Assembly: GCF_009914755.1 (NCBI RefSeq)
Contig: NC_060938.1
From: the human T2T-CHM13v2.0 reference genome, Homo sapiens
Strand: one strand, 5' to 3'
Length of the DNA: 64,000 nucleotides
Positions 43,555-57,289 of this stretch are shown one piece after another (position 1 is the stretch's first letter; each line of letters begins with the position of its first letter). Both the position numbers and the translations under genes were made by a program. The notes beneath the pieces were generated by a model. That model worked only from the letters and a program-made list of their open reading frames with translations. It did not search any database and was not told the origin of the DNA.

Positions 43555-43902
43555 CATAAAGTCAATACCTAACAGTAGTTACTTGGCAAATGGTGGTACA
43601 ATTGAAAGTGTACCCTCTCTAATGGAAAGACATAAATCAGTATTAGAAATGCTCAGAAATGTATGAATGAACTCCAAACATAATTAGACATAAAAGAAAA
43701 AAATTGCCCTTAAAATAAAGACTAAACTAGAAAGAACACAAAAATAATTAAATAAACCTGATAGTGTGCCTTAAAAGACATAGAAGGTGAAAAAGTTTAA
43801 AAACTTCAAAAATAGAAAATAGGAAAGATTCAAGAGACAGTACCACCATTTTCAATTGTACCACCATTTGCCAAGTAACTGCTGTTAGATATTGGCTTTA
43901 TG
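43555..43902. repeat. 53-bp inverted repeat (43555-43607 / 43850-43902) enclosing a direct copy of 40213-40428
   Basis: Arms differ at 3 positions; 43621-43842 aligns to 40213-40428 (AAAGACATAAATCAGTATTAGAAATG...). Confidence 0.93.
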
Positions 43903-44020
43903 TTTATTTAAATAAAAACTGTACTTTTAGAGTAAAAAACACACAATTATAACAAGTACTGACTCTGACTTCATAAAACTTTACAAATGCTTTTATACTG
44001 TAAAGTAACGCTTGCAATAG

Positions 44021-44372
<352 letters not shown>

Positions 44373-44899
44373 GATATATGTATTTATATTCATAAGTTAG
44401 TCAGGGACTGAACAGCATTGTATTTGCTGACATTCCTGTGACAGCAAAGGTGTCTCTATCACTATCTAGAACTTTAGAATAAACATCTAGGTCCAAATCT
44501 ATCCTTACCTATTTATATGCATGTATAACATTTTAAACTCATGCTCTCCAGTTGATAGGGGACATTCACATATATCAAACCAATCCTCATTAAAACTTGT
44601 ATCATTAGCCTCTTTTTCTATACAAAAAATTAATAATTACCTAGTTTATATAGGCAGTTAACTGTGAACTAAAACTAATTTATCTGACTCCAAATAAAAT
44701 CTCATACACTTCTAAAAAAGCTAAAGGCTATTGTAAAAATCTATAAAATACAAAAACAATGGAAGAAAACAATAGAATGAAAAACCACATAACCCGTGTT
44801 CCTTTCTCAAGTCTCAAAATAGTGCTATAATGTGCCTCCCTTGTTTCTCTTCGTGTCTCTTTGCATCTTATAGAGATATTTGAAAGGTCTTATATACCT

Positions 44900-45390
44900 T
44901 TTCTCATCCAGTTATCTCTAATCTCTCCCACAAAGGTAACTACTATCTTAAATTTAGTGTTTATCATCAGCAGACATATTTTTATACCTTTACATTTGGT
45001 AATTTTAAAACATGAATCACATAAATATATGTTTTTAAAATGTATACACATGGTATCCTACCACTCTACTTTATATTATGATTCATCCAAGTAAGATTTT
45101 TCCAATTTACACAGCATAAATTTATTCATTTTACATGCTGCATAATATTCCTTTGAGCAAATTTATTTATTGTTCTATTAATGTAAATTTAGATGTTGGC
45201 AATTTTCACTATTATAAAATGGCTACAAATGAATACTCTTCTACCTGATCTGAAGCTGTTTCTTTACATTATATTTGTATATCCAGTTTTAAACTTTCTG
45301 AATCATAAGGCACAGGCTATTTCAGTTTCTCTAGAAATGGCCAAATTGCTGTCTCATTTGGCATTACCAACTAGCACTAGTACCCAATGA
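44900..45390 (-). mobile_element. L1ME-type 3' fossil
   Basis: AGGTAACTACTATCTTAAATTTAGTGTTTATCA...TTTATTCATTTTACATGCTGCATAATATTCC. Confidence 0.6.
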
Positions 45391-45402
45391 TCATATTATG
45401 TT

Positions 45403-45702
45403 TTTTTCTTTTTGAGATGGAGTCTCACTCTGTTGCCCAGGCTGGAGTGCAGTGGCGCAATCTCGGCTCACTGCAGACTGCATCCTCTGCCTCCCAGGTT
45501 CAAACGATTCTTTTGCCTCAGTCTCCTGAGAAGCTGGGATTACAGGCATGCGCCACCACACCCAGCTAATTTTTGTATTTTTAGTAGAGATGGGGTTTCA
45601 CCATGTTGGCGAGGCTGGTCTTGAACTCCTGACCTTAGGTGATCCGCCCGCCTTGGTGTCCTAAAGCGCTGGAGTTACAGGCATGAGCCACCATGCCCGG
45701 CC
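45403..45702 (-). mobile_element. AluSx-like
   Basis: Full dimer, reverse orientation; TSD TCATATTATGTT at 45391-45402 and 45703-45714. Confidence 0.96.
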
Positions 45703-47956
45703 TCATATTATGTTCTTTATACCATCATTTAAACATAATTCAAAGAAGTACATGATTGTGTTTTAACACTCTAGGACACTATATGAACTTTTAAATATTC
45801 CTTACAAATCAGTTCGTTCTTCTTCTTTTGCAGAGCAGAAAGATATCGAGGGTAAATTAAGACAATTACAAGAACTTACAAAATATCAGGGTTTCACATC
45901 TATTGAAAAGCCACATAAATGTAGAATATTTTCTGGGTATATTGGAAGGGAAATGAAACCAAATCTTCTTCTTTGTTACAGTTATTTTTATTACTTCTTG
46001 TCATTTAGTAGTTTTGTGTATTTTTGCACAATGTAAGGTAATTCAAAAATAGAATATGAAATGAAAGTATATACTTTCCATACAAGTCTATGTAAAATTT
46101 CTATATATTAAAGCACTGAGAAATTATTAAAACATGTTTGCATTTAACCTGTACTTAATATTCAACTCTGTAACTGAAAGTTAAGTTAGTAAAAATTTTA
46201 TTTTCACATATAAAGCATAATTGTAAATTTTTCCTCCCATGTTTCTCTCTTTTTATGATATGTTTTTCAAAATGAGTACTTGAGGAATAAAGATATAGAC
46301 CACATAGGCATTTCTCTCTGCTTAGAAGAGACACATTTAGGAAATGAGAAAGAAATGAACCAAAATAAGGAGTTTTCACAAGTGCTCTGAATAAAGCATA
46401 GGATGCTTCAGCATGCATATGCTAGCAAATGCTATCACATTAACTCAATATTCTAGACGAGTTTTATCCTAAACAATTTCTCCTACCCTACCTTCCTAAC
46501 TGTTCAAAGGCCTGTATGCATAATATTCTCTGTATTATCTATTCTATTCAGATATCATCCTTCAAGTATCTTGAAATGATTGTAATAGCAAATGGCTGAC
46601 TTTTTAAAATGCTAAATCAGTGATAGCTTTGGTAGTGTGCCATCATTATGTTACAGACATTACAGACACTGATGTATAACTCAGATGTTTAGAACATAGA
46701 ACTATTGCTTCTCATTATTGCCTTTCTTTCAATTTAATGTAATTGTATATTCAAAAAAGCACGTTATCTGTTATTTTTATCTATGCTGTATATTATTTTA
46801 GATGTCTTTGCCTTTATGTTTTGCCAAAAATAATTGTTCTTCACTAGTAACACAAATGAAGACATTGTGACTCTTACCACCTCAATATCATCCATGATGT
46901 CAACTACTGTTCTCTGTTCTTTTGTTTTATTATCAAACCAAAAGGGAAACACTAATCTGGCCTTCTCCATTTATAGCACAGGTGCTATTTCTCCCATTTC
47001 AGGTGTGCAAAAAGTATTATTACAATCTTGAATAATATTATATCAGGAAAGAGAGTTAAATTGTTTGAAAACATTGAAAAATGCAATGGCTTGTCATGGA
47101 GGAATGTAAATTAAAAATAAAAAAACTCCAAACTGGTAAATACAAATGCAATAGATATAAAAAGAGGTGCATAATATCTTTAGGTGGTATTTATAGAAAT
47201 ATAATCTCTTCTGAAATATTTTGAAGACTGGATGAAATTTTATCTTCATTTCTCTGAATTAATCATTTTAATATATATCAAAGTTTAAAAGTTTTCTTAT
47301 TGTAAATTTTCTACACTTACTTTAATTCCATATTGTGTTAAACGATTTTAATTTCCAACATTAAACAACATTCAATAATTGCTTGAGTTAAAATTTTCAC
47401 ATTTTCACAATTAAGTAGAAAGTATGTGGAGAGCCTATCTCTTTCACTCATATGTCTTTCGTTATAAATATTTTTAACTTTTGGCATAGAATGTTAAATG
47501 AACAACTGACTTTGTAAGTAGCTAACTTCACAAGGCAGGCAAATTACTAAAAATGACAATTTAAAAATCATCTCATTTGAAAAACTGTTCCAATATTTAT
47601 TTACTGTACGGTAGTTTACCAATTATTTGTAATTTTAGAAGTGTTAAATACGATTTTAGAGAACCCACAGTACTAGCCCTGGCTGTCACTGCCAGTGTAT
47701 TTTAGGAAAATGATGTAATGTCTTTATTTTAAAAAGTATGCAACCAAGAGTTGCCGTGATGATGGTACCATCTGGTTGTGGCCGGTATAGGATACTATAT
47801 GACCAAAACCCTCACTACTGTTGTCTTTCTACTCTCTCAGAGAAAAGAAAATCAGACAAATGATGTGCTCTCATTTATTCTTCACTTTAATCCTAAAGTA
47901 AGTAATTCCATTTCTGAAGTCCTTTTATCACATGGACATATATACCTCTATAACTA

Positions 47957-48187
47957 CAGAGGTTTCTGACTTAATGATGTTTCGACTTATGATTTTTTAA
48001 GTTTACAGTGGTGCCAAAAAGACATGAATTCAATATGTTCCTCAACTTAACGATTAGGTTATATCCTGATAAACCTATCATAAACAGGAAATACCATTAA
48101 GTCTAAAATGCATTTTCAACTTACTATATTTTTGATTTATGATGGGCTTATAAGGGTATAACCTCATCGTAAGTTGAGGAGCATCTG
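47957..48187. mobile_element. Tigger4a-like TcMar MITE
   Basis: TA|CAGAGGTTTCTGACTTA...TCGTAAGTTGAGGAGCATCTG|TA: terminal inverted repeats with TA TSD, 231 bp. Confidence 0.85.
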
Positions 48188-48270
48188 TATCTTCTTTACT
48201 CCTTTTTTCCCTAGGCCTTGAATACTCACCTAAGAAAAGTCCCTTTTCCCTTTCTCTGTAGCCTTCCCTT

Positions 48271-48301
48271 CTGCTGGTGCTGCTGCTGCTGCTGCTGATG
48301 C
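48271..48301. repeat. Imperfect (CTG)n tract
   Basis: CTGCTGGTG(CTG)6ATGC. Confidence 0.85.
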
Positions 48302-51300
48302 TTTCTCTTCTTTTTCTCCTTGCCCAAACAAATCTAATCTAGTCTGATAATGCATATAAGCCTTCTGGTGTCAAGGAAATAGAAACCCAAAGTGTTTCAC
48401 TATAATGAGACAAAATAGAGAACCATTGCCATTGACTCCTGTCACCTTGGCTATCCCCAGAAGTCTCTTTTGCATGCCTCAGGTATCTCTCTTGTCCTTG
48501 CTGTCATTCATTCTCCTTCCTCTCACTCAGTAAACATTTCTTAAGCCCTGTGCACTCACATTGAGTTACTCAGTGACAATATCATAATGACTAAGGTAAG
48601 ATTCCTGACCAAAAAATAGAAAATCAATGCATTTAATAACTCATTTTCAATGTGACTAATTTTCAATCTTGCTGACAATAATACTACTTTGTTTCATTAT
48701 TTTTTCAGAGCAAATAAAGTTTACTGAAGTTATATCATGGGTTAAATAGGTTGTGTGATAGCTGGCAATTGTTTGCATTATTTATATAGCATTGTTTTTA
48801 CTGGGAAAATAGTCTGAATCTCAATCCACTGCATAAAAACATGGCTGGGAACACTTCCCACCTATAATGCAGCCTGCCTGTAATATCGTGAACTTTAAAT
48901 TGCACCTTTTCTCAGAAGGATTCAAATATCTCCATGTGTAACATCACTGGGTCTTGTTTGTTTATACTCAGCCTTCTTTTCACAAATGATTTAAAACAGA
49001 TTACAAATGTAACATAATAATAATGCAATATAAACAAGGTAAAGAAGTAGGGCTAGTGGGAAAAACTGTAAATGAAAGCAGAAGCCCAAGCCTGGAGCTG
49101 GCCGTGGGCCAGGCAAGCCAGTCCATATGTGTAGGTATGACTGCCTGTTGAGCTGTCATAGGTGACCATGAGGACACTGGGCATTATCACTAAAGGCTTC
49201 GTTTTTAAGTCTCTTACTGAGTTGATGCTTGAAAGTGAGTGAATATATAGGCTGTGGAAATTTGATGAGTAAGTGTAAAGGTTGGCATCCTTTGGGGAAA
49301 ACTTAGAAGCCTTTTAAAAATATTTCCTTAAACATAGAAAAATCACACTTCTACCTATAAGTGAATTTCAGAGGGATATATTAAAAAATTCAGGAAATTT
49401 TCTCAATAAATCACTTAGGGTTCTCTCTGACACAATGTAATGGTTTCTTTGGTCCCTACATTTTACCACAGAAAGCTGACTAAAATGGTTGGAGGTTGGA
49501 AGATTTTAAAAACACATATTTACTTGTAGCTAATACAAATTAATAATAATACAACTTATAAAGATATTATGGAATGTCCAAATTGGGGTAATATATTGCC
49601 CTATTGAACGTGTCAGAAAAAAAATAATTTCTGAAGTGTCACTGACTAGCCCAAAAGGTAGACGGTTATGTAGGGTTACTGAAAATAAACTGCATTCATT
49701 TAAGTAGTATTTTTCAAAAATATGGTATAATTTTTTAATAGTTTGTCATTCTTTCCAACAAAGATAATGGGAACAGTTGTTTTTTATGTCTCTTTTAAGT
49801 GACAGTGCAGTCATATCATCAATAAATAAGATGATATTATTTTGTCTTATAATATTCTCATTTAGATATGAAACATTTTATTATTTTCATTTCACAAAAG
49901 CAAAATTGAGGTGGTAAAGGAAAAGAAGAGTTTAGTGAATGTTAAGCCAAGAATTGAAGGTGCAGTGCTAGGCATACACACTTCATATTTGCTGGCTAGT
50001 TGATTTTTTAATATCTATATTTGTAACAATTGAATCAAAATCGGCAATAGCTTTAAATAACTCTGCTTTTTTATATGGATGGTCACAAATCTCATAGTGA
50101 CAGAAATGTAGAATATTGATCTCTTCTATTTCCATAACTATTCTAGTACAGCAGTCACTGAACCCTAAATAACTGTCAATCAGAGAGCCTTAATGAACTT
50201 TCAGTGTTAAATCAAAGACATTAAGTTTCTAAATTGAGTCCTTTATGTACATATTACTTCCCTTGGCCCTTTGTAAGTCACATTAGAATTTGCTTCATCC
50301 AAATTAATTACCTACTTAGAAAATGAATTTTGCTAGTGTACATAATGTTTCTTAGCTTTTAAAATATATTTCACATTGTGGTAAATAAGGACATTTAATC
50401 TAATCATATTTTAGAAATGTGCCCCCAAGGTTACCTTGAAAAACAGTTTTAATTAATTTTTAAATGTTTTACTTTTGCCCCAAATATAACAGGGCTTATT
50501 TTGAAATATGATGTCCATATAAAATATAATAAAGTCCTAATAAGTATATGTTAAAATGCCTGTCTTAATTCCTTCCTTGTTTCTTTTCCCCCAAGAAGCC
50601 TACAAAAGTAAAAATCAATTACACTCATGAAAAAAAAAACAGCCCCTATTGAAATTAACAGAACGCTACATAAACAACAACCAGAAGAGGTGAAATTAGA
50701 ATATTTAATACTTTCACCTTTTAAATTTTATTGAAATAAATTCTATTTAGTATGTATTTCTGAATAATCAATGTAAATGTGTTCAAATGAAACAATCATT
50801 TGGGGTAAGAGAAAATATTAAAGATCAGTATTTTTCTAAACATAAGCAGCTTGTTTGTTTTTCAATTTCCATGTAAAAATAGTGCAAAAACAAATATTTC
50901 TACTGGAAGTGGTTTAAAGAATATTGATAATATTGTATTAGAGCTGGATATTTGTGTTAACATTTTTAAATATATAGAGATTAATTGAGAAAATTCATTT
51001 TGAGCATAACCAGTCAGTAAATATGTATTGACTATTATATTCTTAACACTAAACTAGTGGTTTTTGTTTTGAGGATGCTTTTAAAGAAACTAAAACCTAA
51101 CTTCTATTAGCAACCCTCTAACAATGGATACTCAACTTTTAAAAATAGTTCTTAAGAAAACGCAATCCCTCCCAAAGTAAAGGAGAAACCAAGAAGAGTT
51201 CGAACACAAAGATTTAGGAGGTGTTCTGAACAGTTAATAAATATTATGATCTGACTGAGATGTGATTAAAACCAAGTGTAGGAAGTGTCTATATTCATTG

Positions 51301-51977
51301 AAGCGGTGGTTGTCACATTGCCATTTCTGCCACAAAAATGTTATTTCACCCTTGAAAACAACTCCCTTCATTAGTAAAGGTATAATTCAGCTACTTGGAT
51401 ATGGTTATGCAACTCTTTAATACTAAAAGCAGAATCACAGTTCCTGTTTTTCTTTTCCTTGAAAGGAGGTGAAAATCTGACAGCTCAAAATGAAGCAAAA
51501 ACCCAAGATTAAAACAGACACCATTTTGTGCCCACTCAGTCTTCTTTCCAGGGTCATACATGTGTAAGTAGCTGTTTGTTTATAGTCGAGACCTTCTGTG
51601 GGTAAATCTGGCAGGATATCAAAGACATTTAGCATAGATATTTCATTTTCAATGCATGTGTCTATTTTTTTCCCTGTTGATGAACCAAATATAACACATG
51701 CAGATGATTTTTAGGAATTTATTTTAAATCATAAGTGTTTCTTTTTTCTTTTTCTGAATGTTCACAGTAGCTGGGAGACAAGTATTTGCTTACCACTCCC
51801 CTCCCAACACGGCATTGAATGGTTGGGTGGAACTGAACACAAGATTGCATAATGTGCTTCCTCTCTTTAATATCTCCATATTTAATCCACTAATTAATCA
51901 TATATATATCAATCTGTCTATTAACCATCTATAATCTATTCATCTGTTAATCATCTATAATTTATCAATCTGTACTT

Positions 51978-52203
51978 CGTGGCATAGTATTTAAGAATAT
52001 GGGCTTTGGACTCGGTTATATCTGAGTTTAAAGGCAGGGTCCATTTCTTATTAGCTAAGTGGCTTTAGGCAAATTAACCTCTCTAAGACTAATTGGCTTA
52101 TTAATAAAAACATTCATTTAAGATATTATGAAGATTAAAAGATAATCCAAGCAAAGGGCCTAGCATATTACTTGACATATAGTAAATGTTCAATAAATGT
52201 TAA
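51978..52203 (+). mobile_element. MIR SINE
   Basis: GGGCTTTGGA...TTAGGCAAATTAACCTCTCTAAG...TATGAAGATTAAA...CATATAGTAAATGTTCAATAAATGTTA. Confidence 0.8.
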
Positions 52204-52508
52204 GGATTCTTTTTTATTAAAAACAATAATCATTTTTCAAACTAATAGGTCATAGACTTGAAGGAAAGATCATTTCAAATATTTTAGTGCAATATAGTAA
52301 TATTTTATTAATTTATGAAAAAACTCATGATTTCAGTTAATTATAGGTAATACTGAGAAAAAAATTTTTCTTGAGTCATTCAGCTTTCCATTTCTGATAT
52401 TTTCATATCCTTGATACTGTTTTTCTCTTTTCCCAATCAGAATAACATATTTTTTCAGGTGTTCCTTTTTTTCAGTAGCAAAATACTTGCATTTATATCT
52501 TAAGTCAA

Positions 52509-52967
52509 TGTTACCTCCCTGTGATAATTTTTGGTGTTTTTGTTTGTTTGGAAATGCTGTCTTGATCTAGTTTGAGGCCCTGGCTAACAGCCGGTCAGTT
52601 TCCCTTCATGAGTAGCTGATTAATTTCACATCCCAACCACACACTAGGGGCACTATCCACCTGCCCTAACTGTCCCAGGGCCAGATAATAGATAACTAGG
52701 GACTTCTCTTGTGTCTTGGAGTCCTGGAAATTACCCAAATTAGCCAATCCACAAGGAACCTGAGGGCCTAACTAACTCTTGCCACACCTAAGCTGCCCCA
52801 TCCAGCTCCACCTTGCTGTTACTCTGTCTCTGGATACAACACCTTATGTGGCACTGCAGCCTTTTCTCCTTTGGCGCTAATGGTAACAAAGAGTTCTACA
52901 TCTCACCTATCCAAGTGTTGTTGTGCTGTGTTCCACCACCAAAATTGTCTTTAAATCTTGTAAAACC
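52509..52967 (+). mobile_element. ERVL LTR (MER74/MER88/LTR53-like)
   Basis: CACTATCCACCTGCCCTAA...CCAGGGCCAG...AACTAGGGAC...TAGCCAATCC motifs. Confidence 0.6.
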
Positions 52968-53742
52968 CTCCCTAAAGCCTTTGTGCTCTCTTATTAGAGA
53001 ATTGTATGTTAATGGAGTTTTATTTTAAATATGTAGTTTTCAGTTATTTTCAGAAATAATATATGGTGATGTTGAACTTACTGAATATACAAAAAATTTA
53101 GGAAAAAATTCCTCAACAAACTCATAAATAGCTAATATTTAAGTTTAGTTACTTTCTAATAGGTTTTATCTACATTTTATCTGTATCTATTTTATTCACA
53201 TTCACATATATATACCCACATATATGGAGATATAGCCATATCTGTATATTCATATGTATATTTATTTATATCCAAATAGACATAGTTACATAATATCTTT
53301 TTTTATTTGTACAAAGAGAAATCTTTCTAAATAAATCAGAATCCATACCTCTTTCTCAGAATTCAGATCACAATATAATTAAATAATTATGTGTATACTT
53401 ATTTCAGGTTTATAACCGCACTTCTACATTCTATTATGAGGGCAAGAGTTGTGGCTGCTATATAAATGCTTCCTAGCATAGTTCCTGACAACTAGGTGAT
53501 TCATGAATATTTGCTGAAGAAATAAAAATAACTTTATGAACATCGTTACACATCCTGCTTAATTTTTCAATTCGCATAATTTTTTTCTGTATATCCTCTA
53601 ATTTAATACTATTTCATAGTTATGGTATTTGTTAAAGGAATATAAAACATCAATACGCAGCAATAGATCAACTGTACCATACCTCCAAAATACAATGTAG
53701 CCAGTTGTCAACTCTACCTATGAAAGAAATTGGTCCAGCCTT

Positions 53743-54057
53743 GGACAGGCATGGTGGCTCATGCCTGTAATCCTAGCACTTTGGGAGGCTGAGGCGAGCG
53801 CATTGCCTGAGCTCAGGAGTTTGAGACCACCCTGGGCAACGTGGTGAAACCCCATCTCTCCTAAAACAAAAAATTAGCCAGGCGCGGTGGCAGATGCCTG
53901 GTAGTCCCAGCTACTCCAGAGGCTGAGGCACTAGAATTGCTTGAACCTGGGAGGCAGAGGTTGCAAGTAGACAAGATCGTGCCACTGCACACCAGCCTGG
54001 GTGACAGAGTGAGACACTGTCTCAGAAAAAAAAAATAAAAATGTTTAAAATTTTTAA
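53743..54057 (+). mobile_element. Old AluS/J
   Basis: Full dimer with ATTGCCTGAGCTCAGGAG; degenerate TSD AAAGAAA..GGTCCAG. Confidence 0.93.
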
Positions 54058-54166
54058 AAAGAAAAGGGTCCAGTCCAATTCATTTCCCTCGATCTGATGG
54101 GTACAGTGGAATTTGAGATCATGTTCAATGAAGCTGTGATGCTACCTGCAGTAAAACATGTTTGTT

Positions 54167-55746
54167 ATTATGGCAGAGGCAGCCTTCTGGAGTGTCCACT
54201 GTGAAGATGCTGGCTGCAGCACAGGAGGTGTAGACAGGGTTGTCCACTCAGTGGAGCAGGTAGGGGCCGGGAACAGGCAGGAGCCCTGCCCCCTACCGGG
54301 TTAAAGGGGCAACAGCCCCATGCTCCCGGATGCAGCGGCAGCCTCCCAGCTGCAGCTCTGGACCAGGGAATACCTGTGCTCTCAGGGGCCCAGGAAGTCC
54401 CACTGCTCGCACAGGCTTGGAAGTGCCTGCTCCGTCTCCCTGGCTTCTCTCCACTTCCAGCACTGGCTCCAATTTCGGAGCAAAGTTGAAGCTGAGCCTG
54501 GGTGCTCTCATGACCCATTGGGTATGTGTAGATTATGGCACTGACAGGTCACCTCCTCCTGCAACCTCTGCCCACTCTGAAACTTTGGGCACTGAGGAGC
54601 TCAGGGAGAGAGGGTGAAGGGGGTTGGAGGTGGCTCAGCACAGGCCTGCAGATGCCCCTTGGGCACAAACAGACTGAGTACTGTGAACAGCATGTTTGTG
54701 GCAGGAGGCAGACAGGTTCCTGGGCAGAAAGGGTTGGGTCTGCAGTGAAACTCCACCTTCAAGCCAGGAACAGCCTGAAGCCTGGGGGCTGGGCTGCCGG
54801 TTCTGGGTGCAGTCCATAGCGTGGAGTGAGAACTTATGGTGCATTTTCCAGGCCTGCCCATGGCTGCCCATAGACCAATCAGCAGACAGTTCCTCCCTCC
54901 TGAGCCCGTAAAAATCCCGGGACTCAGCCAGACTGACACAGAGGTAGGGATTATCAGCTGCAGGAAGGAGCTGCCCACTGCAGGTCTCCTCTCTACTGAG
55001 AGCTGGACACTAGCTGGGACAACCTGCCCGCAGAAAGGATCTAACCACTTCTGGTCTCCTAGAAGCTGTTCTGTCGCTCAATGAAGCTAGTCTCCACTTT
55101 GCTTACCCTCCAGGTTGTCTGCATACCTCATTCTTCCTGGATACGGGACAAGAACTCAGTACCCACTAAATGGCAAGACTAAAACAGCTGTAACACAAAC
55201 AGTACTGAAACACACCCACCCGTTTGCCATTTTGTGGGTGACGAAAAGGAGAGAAGTCCTGCAGCCTATGTCTGGGAACCCAGACCTCAGGGCTCTTTAA
55301 GCCAGGACTGTGACATGCTGTAACAACCTCTTTGAGGCTCTGCAGTTTCTGGGATCTCCAAGATTTCGGGCGCCACTGCATTCCCCTTGTCCAGATGTTG
55401 GTGCCCACAGCAGAAGTCACCTGCAGTACATCTGGTACAGCTGCAGCCTTGCATGGAGTTGGCACCTGTGCCAGCACCTGGAGCTGCCTGTCCATCACAG
55501 CTGGCATGCCTGGCTGTGCACAGTGGCCAGGCCCCACACTTACCTGCTCACACACCCCTCACTGCTTCATGCCTAGCTCACACTTGGCAGGTGTGGGATC
55601 CAGGCTGGTAGCAGGAGCTGAGTGCATCATGCTAGGCTGATTGGACAGAACAAGCCCAGTAGGCCTGAGCAAAACTTGGGCAAAGACGCCACCGGCCATA
55701 GAGGTTTCTGGCTGGAAACCAGTGACACCCAAAGGATCCTGCGACA
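54167..55746 (+). mobile_element. MER52A-like ERV1 solo LTR
   Basis: GC-rich 1.6 kb; ATGGCAGAGGCAGCC...TCTGGAG start; CCCATGGCTGCCCATAGACCAATCAGC; ends GACACCCAAAGGATCCTGCGACA. Confidence 0.88.
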
Positions 55747-56414
55747 GTATCACACCAAATAAAGGGAAGTGCTGACAATTATTTACTCATTTAAACTAAA
55801 TAATTCAGATACAGAACATCTTGTCATGTTTGTCTAGAGAAAATGGTTCCATAGGTAAAATTAAGAGGCTAATTTCCAAAGTTGAATATTGGCACAGGAA
55901 AAAAAACCAAGTATGTATATAGAGAGAATAGCTCAGAAAGAAAAAAATGTAACTCTATGCAATTGAGAGAGACGATGTAACTTGAAAGGATTAACAATGC
56001 ACAACGTCATTGATCAGCTGAAAAGCAGGTACTATCTAATGCACACAGCCAGGCATGCTCTGTTAACTTCAAAGTGTTCTCAGCCTAGTTGGAAATAAAG
56101 ATTGTATATTATTATTATTATATATATATAATATATACATAATAAACACAATTTTTTACCCCAAGTGGAATGGAAGTAACATTTTGTGCAGAAGAATTGT
56201 GTTATTTGAGTTGTCTTTTGTTCATGGAAAGAAGGATGGAAATGGATTCTTCATAGAGGTAATAACAGGAATGAAAACTGAGAAGTGTAAACAGGTACAC
56301 TGGAGGGTGCATATCTGTAGTGTATAATGTGAAACAAAGCAGGATAGGTATGTTGAGACACTACATGGGTGAAAAATAGGACTTATCTTTCTCTATTTTA
56401 TCCTCTTTGTAGAC

Positions 56415-56620
56415 TAGTGGTTCTCAACTAGAGGCAATTTTGTCCCTGTGGGACACTGCAATGTATGAAAGCAAGTATGTCAGGAATGGGGTGCCCTGGC
56501 ATAGAAGTGAGTATCCAGGGATTCTGCTAAACATCCTGTGATAAACAGGACAGCACCCTCCCCACTCCCAAAATAATTTTCCAACCCAAAATTTCAACAG
56601 TCCAAGAATAAGAACCCTTG
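56415..56620. mobile_element. MER20 hAT-Charlie
   Basis: TAGTGGTTCTCAACTAGAGGCAATTTTGTCCC...CTGCTAAACATCCT...CAGGACAGC. Confidence 0.8.
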
Positions 56621-56786
56621 GAGTAGACCAATCGTCTCCAAAATGAGGTATTTGAACCTGACAGGTGATGAAAGAATACCTGAAGGTTCAGAAATAAAGC
56701 AGTACAATTTTATAGTTCATCTCCTTTTAAAAACTCTTTCTGAAGGTAGATTTTGTAGCATACAAAATATACATTTGTAATGCATG

Positions 56787-57234
56787 TGTGATGGTTAATA
56801 CGAGTGTCAACTTGATTGGATTGAAAGATACGAAATATTGATCCTGGATGGTCGAAAGGAGATTAACATTTGAGTCAGTGGTCTGGGAAAGGCAGACCCA
56901 CCCTTAATTTGGGTGAGCACCATCTAATCAGCTGCCAGCACAACTAGAATATAAGCAGGCACAAAAATGTGAAAAGAGAGACTGGCCTAGCCTCCCAGCC
57001 TACATCTTTCTCCCATGCTGGATGCTTCCTGCCCTTGAACATCGGACTCCAGATTTTTCGGTTTTGGGACTCAGACTGGTTCTCCTTGCTCCTCGGCCTG
57101 CAGATGGCCTATTGTGGGACCTTGTGATCATGTGAGTTAATACTTAACATAAACTCCATATATATATATATTCCATATATATATATATATTTTTTTTTTC
57201 CATTAGTTCTGTCCCTCTAGAAAACCCCAATACA
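56787..57234 (+). promoter_or_regulatory. MLT2A1-like 5' LTR
   Basis: TGTGATGGTTAATAC...TGATTGGATTG...GAATATAAGC (TATA-like)...CATGTGAGT donor-like site...AATACA. Confidence 0.93.
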
Positions 57235-57289
57235 CATTTTATTGCCAGGAGTGGTTCTGGAGAAACAAAATAATAAGGATGGACTTCAT

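Noticed and set aside
48271-48301. CTG tract as a disease-type expansion locus
   Set aside because: Only six pure units, interrupted, with no gene context
54168-55753. Dense cluster of overlapping ORFs on both strands
   Set aside because: All lie inside the GC-rich MER52-like LTR, where stop codons are rare
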